Shown: positions 17,340 through 27,540, numbered from the stretch's first letter. The stretch: 39,196 nt of DNA from a virus (IMGVR_UViG_3300028585_000045:1-39196); one strand, 5' to 3'. Program-made: numbers and translations. The notes: generated by a model from the sequence alone, not told the origin.

Positions 17340-18257
17340 ATGGCAATCCTTGCCACTAGCAACATCACGCTCCCGAAGACCATTGCGGCGGGCATGTTCT
17401 CGAAGGCCACGACCGGTTCGGCTGTTGCCGCGCTGTCGGGTTCTGAGCCGCAGCAGTTCGGTGAAGTCACTCACATGACCCTCACCGGTCGCCCCCGTGC
17501 TGAGCTTGTTGGTGAGGGTGCCCAGAAGGGTTCCACCAGCACCACGTTCGGCACGAAGGTTGTGACTCCTCACAAGTTCCAGGTCACGCAGCGCTTCAAC
17601 CAGGAAGTGAAGTGGGCTGACGAGGACTACCAGCTCGGCATCCTGCAGACCCTCTCTGATGAGGGTTCGCTTGCTCTGGCACGCGCACTCGACCTTGGTG
17701 TCTTCCACGGCATCAACCCGCTGTCGGGTGCTGCTGCTGCCTCGATCGTTGCCGGCGACCGGATCGGCACGACCACCAACAAGGTTGAGCTGACCACGGC
17801 GACGCTCACCACCCCGGATATCGTCATCGAGCAGGCTGCTGGCCTGGTCATTGCCGATGGGTACCTGCCCACGGGTATTGCCTTCGACCCGCGCTACGCG
17901 TGGAACGTTGCGACGGCCCGCTATGCCGACGGTCGCAAGAAGTACCCCGAGCTTGGGTACGGCTCGAACATCACTACCTTCGAGGGCCTGCAGGCGTTCA
18001 GCTCGAGCACGGTTTCGGGCCTGCCTGAGGCTGCTGCCGACAGCGGCATCAAGGCCATCGTCGGGCAGTGGGACCTCCTTCGTTGGGGTGTCCAGCGCAG
18101 CATCCCGGTCGAGCTGATCGAGCACGGTGACCCTGACGGTCAGGGCGACCTCAAGCGCCAGAACCAGATCGCCCTCCGCATGGAGGTCGTCTACGGCTGG
18201 GGCGTCATGGACCTCGATGGCTTCTCGACCATCGAGGACAAGGTGGCGAACGTCTAA
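17340..18257 (+). CDS. Major capsid protein (HK97 fold)
   Basis: VGEGAQK, QRFNQEVKWADED, LARALDL, HGINP and DLKRQNQIALR motifs recall actinophage capsids of the BPs/Halo type. Confidence 0.93.
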   Translation: MAILATSNITLPKTIAAGMFSKATTGSAVAALSGSEPQQFGEVTHMTLTGRPRAELVGEGAQKGSTSTTFGTKVVTPHKFQVTQRFNQEVKWADEDYQLGILQTLSDEGSLALARALDLGVFHGINPLSGAAAASIVAGDRIGTTTNKVELTTATLTTPDIVIEQAAGLVIADGYLPTGIAFDPRYAWNVATARYADGRKKYPELGYGSNITTFEGLQAFSSSTVSGLPEAAADSGIKAIVGQWDLLRWGVQRSIPVELIEHGDPDGQGDLKRQNQIALRMEVVYGWGVMDLDGFSTIEDKVANV

Positions 18258-18397
18258 TGGGTCGGTTCCGCAACCTTGAGACGGATGTTGTTGTGTCCGT
18301 CGATGACAGCAAGGATGACCGGTTCGTGAGCGGGTGGGAGCCGGCTGACGGCCCTGTCAAGCGCGCTCCTGGCCGTCCGAAGAAGTCTGACGATTAG
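18257..18397 (+). CDS. Small head-region protein (46 aa, absent from the ORF track)
   Basis: TAATG overlap; MGRFRNLETDVVVSVDD...KRAPGRPKKSDD. Confidence 0.7.
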   Translation: MGRFRNLETDVVVSVDDSKDDRFVSGWEPADGPVKRAPGRPKKSDD

Positions 18398-18414
18398 TTA
18401 GGGAGGGGGCGGTC

Positions 18415-18891
18415 ATGTCTGTGACTCCCAACATGATTGCGGTTGCTCTTGGGCAGGCCGCCCCCGAACCTGATTCGATCCAGGATCAGCAGTGGTCGTT
18501 GTGGATCGATGATGCGTACATGTTGATCGATACACGGCGGCTGAGTCTTGATCCGACGATTGAGATTGATCAGGCGAAGCTTGATTATGTGGTCCGGGAA
18601 TCCGTCGTGGCTCATGTGAAGAAGCCGGATGATGCCACTCAGGTGACCGTTTCGGTGGATGACGCGTCCACGTCGCGCTCGTACCGTTCCGGTAAGGGTC
18701 GTGTGACGATCCTCGATGAGTGGTGGACGCTGCTGGGTCTCACGGACCCGGGGGGTGCGTTCTCACTCGACATGGTGGCTGCTGCCACGTCGCATCTGCC
18801 GTGGTGCTCGGGGATGTTTGGTGCGACGTACTGCTCTTGCGGCGTGGACATCGCGGGTACGCCGATCTTTGAGCGAGGCCCCGGATGGTGA
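18415..18891 (+). CDS. Head-to-tail adaptor
   Basis: Position; motifs VSVDD...SRSY and ILDEWWTLLG. Confidence 0.75.
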   Translation: MSVTPNMIAVALGQAAPEPDSIQDQQWSLWIDDAYMLIDTRRLSLDPTIEIDQAKLDYVVRESVVAHVKKPDDATQVTVSVDDASTSRSYRSGKGRVTILDEWWTLLGLTDPGGAFSLDMVAAATSHLPWCSGMFGATYCSCGVDIAGTPIFERGPGW

Positions 18892-19298
18892 GCCTCGAGC
18901 GGGACGTATTGGCATCTCTGCCGTATCTGCGTGCTGAGGCCGAGGCTCGGATGACTGACCGGTGTGCGATCGGTTGGGAGCGTCCTGGTGATGTTCTGGA
19001 CGAGGAGACGGGCGAGTACGAGCCCTCGTTTGAGGTTGTGTATTCAGGTCCGTGCCGCTTCAAAGCTGGGACGACTGCTGCGGGTGAGTTGAACGCAGTG
19101 GGGCAACTATTGGTCGAGCAGGACTCGACTCTGAGCCTCCCCATCAATACGTCGACCGCGGTTACCAAAGACATGCAGGTGCGTGTCACCGCATCCCTAA
19201 CAGATCCTGGCCTTGTCGGTGTCACTGCCCGCATCCAGGCACCATCTGTTGGTTCTTACCGGACAGCGCGCCGGTTCGCGGTAGAGGTCACGACCTAG
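18885..19298 (+). CDS. Head-to-tail stopper (DUF6093-like)
   Basis: AEARMTDRCAI...VYSGPCR...TARR. Confidence 0.75.
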   Translation: MVSLERDVLASLPYLRAEAEARMTDRCAIGWERPGDVLDEETGEYEPSFEVVYSGPCRFKAGTTAAGELNAVGQLLVEQDSTLSLPINTSTAVTKDMQVRVTASLTDPGLVGVTARIQAPSVGSYRTARRFAVEVTT

Positions 19299-19306
19299 GA
19301 GGCATC

Positions 19307-19717
19307 ATGCCTGACGGTTTCGAGTTCGACTTCTCCGACATGGCGAAGCTCGCGGCAAGCCTTGGCGAGGTGCCGAAGCATGCTGGCGAGAACGTGCGTA
19401 AGGCCACGGAGGTGTCCGCGCGTCACGTGAAAGACGAGTGGAAGAAGAAGCTGGTTGGGGCTAAGAGTCTCGGCCAGGCCAACCGCGCGATCTCCTACGA
19501 GCTAAAGGGTGGCCGCGCAATTCGTGGCTCGCAGATCACGGCTGAGATCGGTGCTGAGCTTGGCGGTCAGGGTTCGTTGGTCGGCATTGTCGAGTACGGA
19601 TCCCCCACGTTGGCCCCGCGCGGTTACGGCCTGAGGGCGCTTGAGGATACGACTGAGGATTTCCAGCGTGGTCTTGAGAAGGCTCTTGAGGATGCTGAGC
19701 GGAAGGCTGGTCTATGA
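19307..19717 (+). CDS. Neck/tail-completion protein (HK97 gp10-like)
   Basis: AEIG...IVEYGS motif; position. Confidence 0.65.
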   Translation: MPDGFEFDFSDMAKLAASLGEVPKHAGENVRKATEVSARHVKDEWKKKLVGAKSLGQANRAISYELKGGRAIRGSQITAEIGAELGGQGSLVGIVEYGSPTLAPRGYGLRALEDTTEDFQRGLEKALEDAERKAGL

Positions 19718-20115
19718 GTCTCCGTAAGACTGCTGAGGCCGTGAAGTTGCGTTTGCAGGAGGACACGATCTTGGCCGGGTCGACGTTCCAAGGCGTAGTG
19801 ACGAACCGTCCGAGTCGTTACGTGTCGTTCTTCCTGTCGGGCGGTCAGCGTACGAAGGGTCGCTTCACCGGCCCGTCGTCGGTCGCGGATTACACAATGA
19901 CAACCCATTCAGTCGGCACGACTCCTGAGCAGGCGCAGCTTGTTGAGGAGCGTGTGCAGGCGAAGTTGGTCGATTGGACGCCGACGATCACGGGTTTCGT
20001 GTGTCGTCGTGTTCAGCATGATGGTTCGCAGCCTATTGAGATTGACACTGATGTGTCTCCGCCGCTGTATTACATCGCCTCGAGTTACGGGCTGACGATG
20101 GAGCAGACGGCGTAA
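19714..20115 (+). CDS. Tail terminator
   Basis: Size and position directly before the major tail gene. Confidence 0.7.
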   Translation: MSLRKTAEAVKLRLQEDTILAGSTFQGVVTNRPSRYVSFFLSGGQRTKGRFTGPSSVADYTMTTHSVGTTPEQAQLVEERVQAKLVDWTPTITGFVCRRVQHDGSQPIEIDTDVSPPLYYIASSYGLTMEQTA

Positions 20116-20127
20116 CAACGCATACGG

Positions 20128-20154
20128 AAGGGCATCCGAGTGGGTGCCCTTTTT
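20128..20154 (+). terminator. Intrinsic-terminator-like hairpin inside the late operon
   Basis: AAGGGCATCC-GAGT-GGGTGCCCTT-TTT. Confidence 0.6.
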
Positions 20155-20237
20155 CTGTGCCCAAAAACCCTGCCTTGGCAACCGCTTTGGGCAGTAGTCG
20201 CCCCGCGGTTGCGGGGTTCATCATTAGGAGAATCCCT

Positions 20238-20744
20238 ATGGCTGTTGAGCCAACCCCGGCATCCATCCAGTCTGATGGCAACTGGCGAATCACGAACGTC
20301 CCTGCCGCAGCGAACGCGAAATCGGTCGCCATCCTGAACGGCACCGGCGCGAAGCCGATCACGTACGGGCTGACCGCTGATGGCTTCACCTCGACCGTTG
20401 CGCAGGCGACGGTTGAGGACAAGCGACTGACCCTGCCGCAGGATCTGTCGCGTCCCGGCAAGGTCACTGAGACGGCTGAGCTCAAGGCTGTTGCTTCGGT
20501 GACGGATGGGTCGGCTGATCAGGTGCTTCTGGCGCTGTCGCAGTCTGGCGAAGAGTCGCAGTTTGTGGTGCGTCGTGGGGTCAGCAACTCGGCGGTTCAC
20601 GCAACGGGGCAGATCGCGGACATCATCACGGCGGTTGTTGGTGTTCGCCGACCGGATGCGCCCACTGAGAACGGGGTGGACACGGCGACTTACAGCCTGT
20701 TCATCACGAAGCCCACTGACCGTCAGGTGACTCTCGTCGCTTGA
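20238..20744 (+). CDS. Major tail (tube) protein
   Basis: AGGAG RBS, ATG 20238; SDGNWRI...ITYGLTADGF...VVRRG. Confidence 0.8.
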   Translation: MAVEPTPASIQSDGNWRITNVPAAANAKSVAILNGTGAKPITYGLTADGFTSTVAQATVEDKRLTLPQDLSRPGKVTETAELKAVASVTDGSADQVLLALSQSGEESQFVVRRGVSNSAVHATGQIADIITAVVGVRRPDAPTENGVDTATYSLFITKPTDRQVTLVA

Positions 20745-20817
20745 CCTGAACTCCTGCCGGGGTGCCCACCGTCGCCCCGGCAGGTTCCTCTTCACGGTGG
20801 ATGAAACGGTGGACTTA

Positions 20818-21285
20818 ATGAGCTTTTCTGAGGATTTGAAGGCCGTCAAAGATGCGGTTGTCCCGCACGTTGATGTGCCGCTGACGATCAACGGCAACGC
20901 GCACACGATGCGTGTGCGTCGGGCTGATGCGCTGGATTGGGTTGATGCGGTTGACCGCTCCCCTCTGCGTCCTGATGCGCCGTATGACCGGCTGTACGGC
21001 TACAACTTGCGGCAGGCGGCGCGTCTTGTTCTTCCTAAGTGTGCGGTGCTGCTTGTCGATGGTGATGAGCAGCCGTTGCGCGTGGATCCTGTTGTTCCGG
21101 GCAAGGATGATCCTGACCGGGTGGATGAGTGGGCGGACCTGTTCAAGGCGCTCTCGGGTCACTTCGAGTCGAAGCTTGGTGACGCGGTGTATGCGCTGAA
21201 TGAGCATGCGTCTGAGGCGTCGTTGAAGGCTGCTCTGGCTGCACTAAAAAAAGCCCAGGGCGGCTCGAGAAAGAAGTCGGCCTAG
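20818..21285 (+). CDS. Tail assembly chaperone (short form)
   Basis: Between the major tail and tape measure genes; slippery A7 run near its end. Confidence 0.8.
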   Translation: MSFSEDLKAVKDAVVPHVDVPLTINGNAHTMRVRRADALDWVDAVDRSPLRPDAPYDRLYGYNLRQAARLVLPKCAVLLVDGDEQPLRVDPVVPGKDDPDRVDEWADLFKALSGHFESKLGDAVYALNEHASEASLKAALAALKKAQGGSRKKSA

Positions 21286-21665
21286 CTCTCAAGTTGGGTG
21301 TGGCCCCGCGCCGGCTGTGGGGTTGGGAGCCGCGACAGTTCACCGCGTATGAGTACGAGGGCGACCGGATCGTGGGGACGGTGACGACGCTCGAGCCGGA
21401 GTTTGACGCTGAGCAGTTGGCGTTGCTGCGGGCGTACATGGATCTGACGGGTGACCGCGGGTCGCATGGTCTGCCGTTGTCTGAGACGACGCACCCGGAC
21501 GCTAACCCGGCCGTGTGGGGCGGCTGGCATTACGAGGCCAATCAGACGCCACGTATCGACTACGCCGGGCAGGCGATTGCTGTTGCTCAGGAGGCGTATT
21601 ACAAGGCGCACCCTGACGTGCCGCGTGGTGGTCACGGCTGGTATGCGCGACGGGTTGACGACTAG
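21246..21665 (+). CDS. Tail assembly chaperone, -1 frameshift extension
   Basis: A AAA AAA at 21246-21252; the -1 frame is open as SPGRLEKEVGLALKLGVAPRRLWGWEP... to TAG 21665. Confidence 0.8.
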   Translation, partial: KKSPGRLEKEVGLALKLGVAPRRLWGWEPRQFTAYEYEGDRIVGTVTTLEPEFDAEQLALLRAYMDLTGDRGSHGLPLSETTHPDANPAVWGGWHYEANQTPRIDYAGQAIAVAQEAYYKAHPDVPRGGHGWYARRVDD

Positions 21666-21720
21666 CTTCACCCGGCTCTGTCGGTATCGGTTTTGCACAT
21701 AACTACAGAGGTGGTGCCCA

Positions 21721-24393
21721 GTGAGTGTCCGAAATACGCGCGTTTCTTTGGTAGCCGAAGTTTCCGGATATCTCGCTGGTATGGAGAAGGCTGCGCAGAA
21801 GACGCGCGAGCTGGGTTCTGAGGCTGAGAAGCTTGCGCAGAAGAAGGAAGCCATTGCGCAGCTTGGTACTGGGCTGCTGGCTATCGGCGCAATCGGTGTC
21901 GCGTCGGTCGGCCTGGCGGTGTCGAAGTTCGCTGAGTTCGACGAGGCAATCTCGTCGGTCGAGGCAGCTACCCATGAGACGACCTCGAACATGGGCCTTC
22001 TCCGTGATGCGGCTGTCGAGGCTGGTGCATCCACTGTGTACTCGGCCACTGAGGCTGCGAACGCGATTGAGGAGCTGGCGAAGGCTGGCCTGTCGACTGC
22101 GGACATCCTCAACGGTGGCCTGGGTGGTGCGCTGAGTCTTGCTGCTGCTGGTGGTATTGAGGTTGCGGACGCGGCTCAGCAGATGGCGATTGCGCTGAAG
22201 CAGTTCGGGCTTGAGGGTGATGACGCCTCGCATGTGGCTGACCTTTTGGCGGCTGGTGCTGGCAAGGCTGTTGGTGACGTGTCGGATCTGTCTGCTGCTT
22301 TGGCGCAGTCGGGTCTGGTTGCGAACCAGACGGGTCTCAGCATTGAGGAGACGACGGGTGTTCTGGCGGCGTTCGCCGACCAGGGCCTCCTGGGTTCTGA
22401 CGCTGGCACGTCACTCAAGACCATGCTGCAGTCCCTCACGCCGTCGTCTAAGGCGGCACGCGATGAGATGGAACGCCTGGGTATCAGCGCGTTCGACAGC
22501 AAGGGCGAGTTCATCGGTATCGCCGAGTTCGCTGGCAACTACCAGGGCGCGCTCAAGAATTTGACCCCTGAGCAGCAGGCGGCGACGTCGAAGATCATCT
22601 TCGGTTCCGACGCGGTGCGTGCAGCGAACGTGCTGTACGGGCAGGGTGCTGAGGGCATCCAGAAGTACATCGATCAGACCAACGATTCCGGGTTCGCTGC
22701 TGAGACGGCGCGGATCAAGCTCGACAACCTGCGTGGTGATGTTGAGCGTCTTGGTGGCGCGTTCGACACGGCACTGATCCGTGGCGGTTCGGGTGCGAAC
22801 GATAGCCTGCGCACGCTTACGCAGTCGGCAACGTTCTTGGTGGATTCTGTGGGCGCGCTGCCTCAGCCGATGCTGGACGCTGGCCTGGCGGTCACGGCTA
22901 TCGGATCGGCCATCGCCCTGACGGGTGGTGCAGCGCTTGTCGGTGTCCCGAAGATCGTGGCGCTCAAGGGTGCGATGACCAATTTGGGCATATCGAGCAA
23001 GGGTGCCGCGCGCAGTGTCATTGGCGTCGGGACCGCTGTCGGTATCGCCACGGTCGCGGTGAGCTTCTTCGTGGCACGTCAGGGCGATATCGCTGCGACG
23101 ACTGACGAGCTTGCGGGCACCCTGGACCAGGCGACTGGTGCGACGACGAAGTACACGAAAGCAGCGATCGCGCGGAAGCTCTCGGAGTCGGGCGCGTTCG
23201 AGGCTGCGAAGCGTGCGGGCGTGTCGCAGAAGGAACTGACGAACGCTGTCCTCGAGGGTGGCGATGCGCTTGACGAGATCCAAAGCAAGATCACCGGGAC
23301 GAACACGATTGGTGCGTTCTTCACGGGAACGGGTATCGCGGCGGGTAACGCTTCATCTGAGATCAAGAAGGTTCGTGAGGCGGTCGAAGGCAGCAGTCAG
23401 GCGTACGAGGACAACAAGGCGGCTGGTGTCGAGGTTGAGGACACGACCGATCAGGTTGCCGAGTCCATGCAGGAACTCGCTGGCGCGACGGACACGGCTG
23501 GTGTCAGCCTGAACGACCTCAAGGAAACCATCGCCAACTTCGGTTCGGTTGAGCTTGATGTGCGGTCTGCTACTCGTGACTTCGAGTCGTCGATCGATGA
23601 CCTCGCCGACTCGCTGAAAGAGAACGGGTCAACGCTCGATCGCACGACGGAGAAGGGTCGCGCGAATGAGGCGGCGCTGGATGCGATTGCTGAGTCGGCG
23701 TTCAAGGTGTCGGCTGCGACGCTTGAGCAGACGGGTTCTCAGGAGGAGGCGTCTGCTGCGATCCAGCGTGGGCGTGACGAGCTGATCCAGTCGCTCGGCC
23801 AGTTCGGCATTACGGGGCAGGCTGCGCAGGACTATGCGGACAAGCTCGGGCTGATCCCTGGTCAGATCAAGACTGCCGCGCAACTGACTGGTGTAGCTGA
23901 GGCTGAGGCTGCTCTGGCGTTGCTGACCCGTAACCGGGTGGCGCAGATCACGGCGCGGATAAACAACCAGAACGCCATCAACGCTGAGCAGAACGCGAAT
24001 GGTGTGCGGTCGACGACGGGTGGTGTCCCGAAGTACGCGGACGGCGGCGCTATCGGCGGTAGCGGTGGTCCGCGTCAGGACAACATCCCGATCATGGCGT
24101 CGGTGGGCGAACACATGTTGGACGCTCAGGACGTTGCTCGGATGGGTGGTCATGCCGGCGTGTATGCGTTCCGTGACGCGCTGAACAGGGGCACGTTGCG
24201 TGGTTTCGCGGATGGTGGCGCGGTGCAGTACATGCCGTCGTTGCAGCAGTCGTTCTCGCCGCGCATTGAGGTGGCTGGTGGTCGTGGTGGCCCGAACGTG
24301 ACGCAGCACATTCACCCGGCCCCTGGCATGTCTGAGTCGGAGATTGCTCGTGTTGCACAGTCCGAAATGAACTTCGAGTGGAGGCGCGGATAG
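21721..24393 (+). CDS. Tape measure protein
   Basis: 890 aa, Ala/Gly-rich helical; TP901-type core (STVYSATEAANAIEELAKAG, GSDAGTSLKTML). Confidence 0.93.
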   Translation: MSVRNTRVSLVAEVSGYLAGMEKAAQKTRELGSEAEKLAQKKEAIAQLGTGLLAIGAIGVASVGLAVSKFAEFDEAISSVEAATHETTSNMGLLRDAAVEAGASTVYSATEAANAIEELAKAGLSTADILNGGLGGALSLAAAGGIEVADAAQQMAIALKQFGLEGDDASHVADLLAAGAGKAVGDVSDLSAALAQSGLVANQTGLSIEETTGVLAAFADQGLLGSDAGTSLKTMLQSLTPSSKAARDEMERLGISAFDSKGEFIGIAEFAGNYQGALKNLTPEQQAATSKIIFGSDAVRAANVLYGQGAEGIQKYIDQTNDSGFAAETARIKLDNLRGDVERLGGAFDTALIRGGSGANDSLRTLTQSATFLVDSVGALPQPMLDAGLAVTAIGSAIALTGGAALVGVPKIVALKGAMTNLGISSKGAARSVIGVGTAVGIATVAVSFFVARQGDIAATTDELAGTLDQATGATTKYTKAAIARKLSESGAFEAAKRAGVSQKELTNAVLEGGDALDEIQSKITGTNTIGAFFTGTGIAAGNASSEIKKVREAVEGSSQAYEDNKAAGVEVEDTTDQVAESMQELAGATDTAGVSLNDLKETIANFGSVELDVRSATRDFESSIDDLADSLKENGSTLDRTTEKGRANEAALDAIAESAFKVSAATLEQTGSQEEASAAIQRGRDELIQSLGQFGITGQAAQDYADKLGLIPGQIKTAAQLTGVAEAEAALALLTRNRVAQITARINNQNAINAEQNANGVRSTTGGVPKYADGGAIGGSGGPRQDNIPIMASVGEHMLDAQDVARMGGHAGVYAFRDALNRGTLRGFADGGAVQYMPSLQQSFSPRIEVAGGRGGPNVTQHIHPAPGMSESEIARVAQSEMNFEWRRG

Positions 24394-25172
24394 TGACTTT
24401 CGCTACAGACGATGTTCTGCGGATTGGTGAGCTGACCTTCTTTGGTGGGGCTGGCAACGATGGGTTCTTCATCGACGCTGAGGGGTTCGAGGGGTGGGAG
24501 GACGCACCTGATGTTCGCTTCGAGGAGGTGGAGCGTCCGAACAGTCATGGTTCGTTCGATGCGCTGAGTTTCTACGGCGCACGGATGCTGACCGTTTCGG
24601 GTCTCTGCCTGGCGAAGTCGGCGGAGGAGTTGGGCAGCTACGGCAACAAGCTCCGTTCAGCACTGACGGGCCAGATTCGCACTCTCGTGGATTACCAGGG
24701 TGTCACATCCTATTCGGATGGTCGGCTGGCCTCTCAGGTGAAGTTTCGTACTGAGGTGCCGGGCCGCATCGCCCGCTACCAGTTCAGCCTCCGGTTCCCG
24801 AACCCGCGTCGTTTCGGTGCGTTCCAGCAGTTCGCGTCGGCGGCTGATGGTCGTTGGACGGCGCATCACCGGGGCAACTTCGGTGCATCGCCGGTAATCG
24901 ACATCACGGGCAACTGCCCCAGCTACACCATCGGTGGCCCCGACTCCACGGAGTACAAGGTCAATGCGCCCGTTTCCCCAGCGCAGCCGCATCAGATCGA
25001 CCTAGGCACCGGCTTGCTGTCGATTGCCGGCGGCGTCGTCTTCGGCAAGGCAATCCGCGCCGACACGTGGGTTATCGCATCGGGCCAGCAGGTGCCCCAC
25101 CGGATCACCCCAGACGGCAACGGCGACAACTTCGTCGATGCCGTAATGACGGTAAGGGACACGTACATCTGA
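24393..25172 (+). CDS. Distal tail / minor tail protein
   Basis: GWEDAPDVR...RPNSHGSF...YGARMLTVSG; TAGTG overlap with the tape measure stop. Confidence 0.75.
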   Translation: MTFATDDVLRIGELTFFGGAGNDGFFIDAEGFEGWEDAPDVRFEEVERPNSHGSFDALSFYGARMLTVSGLCLAKSAEELGSYGNKLRSALTGQIRTLVDYQGVTSYSDGRLASQVKFRTEVPGRIARYQFSLRFPNPRRFGAFQQFASAADGRWTAHHRGNFGASPVIDITGNCPSYTIGGPDSTEYKVNAPVSPAQPHQIDLGTGLLSIAGGVVFGKAIRADTWVIASGQQVPHRITPDGNGDNFVDAVMTVRDTYI

Positions 25173-26299
25173 TGTGGAAATATGACATCTGCGATACGGT
25201 CTCGGGCGCGATTATTGGCGAGGTGAAGCCTGCATCCGGTTCATGGGAGCGAGTAATGAACGGCACCGGGGGCGGCACTCACGAGTTCGTCCTCTCAAGC
25301 CTCGGTCAGCAGGGCAACCGCGCCAGCTTTCAGAGAATCCGGCGGGCACTGACAGCCCCAAACGCTCGCACACTCGTGCAGTCGTGGGACGGACAAGTCA
25401 CCTACGCCGGCTTCATCACGCACCGGAAGATGACCGACAAATCGGACAAGCTCGTTGTCCGCCATTCCGAAATTCGCGAGATTTTCAAGAAGCGATTCAC
25501 GTTTGGCGAGAACGGCTACCAGGGCGACGCCGATCCCAAGACAGGCGATATCGGTGCTGGCAGGTTGAGCATCGTTAACAACTCGGTGGATTCGCTGGTT
25601 GGTTGGCTGATCTGGCAGGGGATGCAGGGCATTGGCCCCAACTGGTCGCTGCCCCTCATTCCCCCGCCGCGGAACGTCCCCGGTCCGCACAAGCGCGTGT
25701 GGTGGGACTACAACTTCCCGGTCGTCGAGTCCGAGATGACGGAACTGCAGAACGCCTACGGCGGACCGGATATCGAGTTCAAGCCTCAGTGGTCAGCAAG
25801 CAACACGCTTGAGTGGCAGTCCCGGGTCGGCAAGCTCGACGACGGCAAGATGCTCGACTGGAACACCACCGCTGAACGCCCCCGCGCGCTCGACATCGAG
25901 GTGGAAGAGGACTCGACTAAGACGGGGAACATGATGTACGCCCTGGGTGACGGCCAGGAGCGGGACATGCTCGTCCGCAAAGCCAAGGCCGATACCGCTC
26001 AGCCTGCCCTTGAGCGGGTAGAGAACTACTCCCAGCTCAAGGATCTGGACTGGCTACAAAGCCACGTCGATGCGGACTTGCAGACGTTCCGCACCCCCAC
26101 CGAACAGGTCACCTGGTCGATTCAAGCGGGTGACAACCCGGGCATCCGCGACCTGGTGTTGGGCCAGCGCGTTCGCCTGTATTTCAAGAACCACAACTGG
26201 TTCGACGACGGCTGGCACGACTACCGACTGATCGCTTTCCGAGGCGATCTGACGGAGACGGTGCGTCTCGAGACTCAGCCATACAAGGAGGCAGCATGA
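25172..26299 (+). CDS. Minor tail (baseplate hub-like) protein
   Basis: ATG 25172 (TGATG overlap); GGPDIEFKP and ALGDGQE motifs; position. Confidence 0.75.
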   Translation: MWKYDICDTVSGAIIGEVKPASGSWERVMNGTGGGTHEFVLSSLGQQGNRASFQRIRRALTAPNARTLVQSWDGQVTYAGFITHRKMTDKSDKLVVRHSEIREIFKKRFTFGENGYQGDADPKTGDIGAGRLSIVNNSVDSLVGWLIWQGMQGIGPNWSLPLIPPPRNVPGPHKRVWWDYNFPVVESEMTELQNAYGGPDIEFKPQWSASNTLEWQSRVGKLDDGKMLDWNTTAERPRALDIEVEEDSTKTGNMMYALGDGQERDMLVRKAKADTAQPALERVENYSQLKDLDWLQSHVDADLQTFRTPTEQVTWSIQAGDNPGIRDLVLGQRVRLYFKNHNWFDDGWHDYRLIAFRGDLTETVRLETQPYKEAA

Positions 26300-27096
26300 G
26301 CCGCATTGACAGGCCCGGTGCTAGCGAACAGGCCGAAGTCAAGAAGCGTCTGCACCAGCAGGAGACACGTTCTCCGGGCGGCAACACGTCGGTCACTGAG
26401 GGCCGTCTACGCATCGCCGGTGAGAACTCGCTGCTCGTCGAAGGCAGCGGTCGCGTGTCGGGACAGTTGTACGTGGAGGGTCTCGAGGTTGTCTCGGGCG
26501 AACTGCGTGTGACGGGCACGTTCAACATGGACGGCGACGCGAACGTGTCGGGAACCATGGACGTGTCGGGGCCGCTGACAGTGCAGGGAAACACGACGTT
26601 CATTGGCCCGATGCGGGTCGAGGGTAAGTCGGACTTCATCGGGATGATGGTTGTTCAGGGCGAGTCGCAGTTTGTTGGCAACATGTCGATTGATGGCCCG
26701 GTGACTATCAAGGGCAAGACGACGGTCACGGGTGAACTGATCGTGCAGGGCGACGTCACCTTTACAGGCGCGACGAAGCTGAACGGGCCGACCGAAATCA
26801 CCGGCAACGTCGCGGTCAAGGGAAATGGCACTATCCGCGTCGGATCAATCGTGATGAGACCAGGAACAAACGGTGGATCGGGCGGCGTCACCTCCGACAA
26901 CACCCTGTATCTCGGGGGCGTCGGCAAGATCGACCTGCTCACCAATGGCGGGATCACGATGACCTCCGGCGACGGCGTAAGCGTCCGCGGGGCCGGAATG
27001 CGCATCGAGAACATTGGCACCGTCCCCGCCAACTCGACCGGCTGGTCACCCCTGCTCATCAACAACGCAACCGGGCTCATCGCCCGCCAAGGCTAG
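26296..27096 (+). CDS. Hexapeptide-repeat beta-helix tail protein
   Basis: About 20 tandem 6-residue repeats with periodic Gly (VSGQLY VEGLEV VSGELR VTGTFN ...). Confidence 0.7.
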   Translation: MSRIDRPGASEQAEVKKRLHQQETRSPGGNTSVTEGRLRIAGENSLLVEGSGRVSGQLYVEGLEVVSGELRVTGTFNMDGDANVSGTMDVSGPLTVQGNTTFIGPMRVEGKSDFIGMMVVQGESQFVGNMSIDGPVTIKGKTTVTGELIVQGDVTFTGATKLNGPTEITGNVAVKGNGTIRVGSIVMRPGTNGGSGGVTSDNTLYLGGVGKIDLLTNGGITMTSGDGVSVRGAGMRIENIGTVPANSTGWSPLLINNATGLIARQG

Positions 27097-27105
27097 GAGT
27101 TCAAC

Positions 27106-27540
27106 ATGGCGCGCGTCTACGGGAAGCTGACCGACTTCGGACTAGACCCCATTGACACCTACCGCCCACGTGTCATCTTCACCCCTTCACGGGTCGGAAC
27201 CTTCTCCGACCGGTTGATGATCACGAGGCCACGAACCGCGGTCCCGACAGAGGACGGCTCGTTCGCCGTCGACCTCGTACCCACCCCTCGCATCCGGCCC
27301 CTCGTGCACTACAACGTGAAAGTGACATGGCTGGATCCCAACGCCGGGTTTGAACGGGTCGATCAGGTACTAGCCCCCATGTCGGTTCCAGAGGACGGCG
27401 GCTCAATCTCTGATCTGCTGTCGCTCCCGGCAGATAACCCCTCGTGGTGGGCGTTCCAACCCGACGAACCTGACCCCTGGCCGGTGGGCCTGGTGTGGGT
27501 CAATACCGAATCCGGTGACATACGAAAGAGGACCGCATAA
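27106..27540 (+). CDS. Minor tail protein
   Basis: AGGAG RBS; DGSFAVDLVPT; coupled to the next gene. Confidence 0.65.
   Translation: MARVYGKLTDFGLDPIDTYRPRVIFTPSRVGTFSDRLMITRPRTAVPTEDGSFAVDLVPTPRIRPLVHYNVKVTWLDPNAGFERVDQVLAPMSVPEDGGSISDLLSLPADNPSWWAFQPDEPDPWPVGLVWVNTESGDIRKRTA

Noticed and set aside
16773-18125. Long antisense ORFs (also 5060-6169, 14579-15562, 22411-23283, 32021-33067)
   Set aside because: Shadow ORFs of high-GC genes with no motifs, opposite well-supported CDSs.
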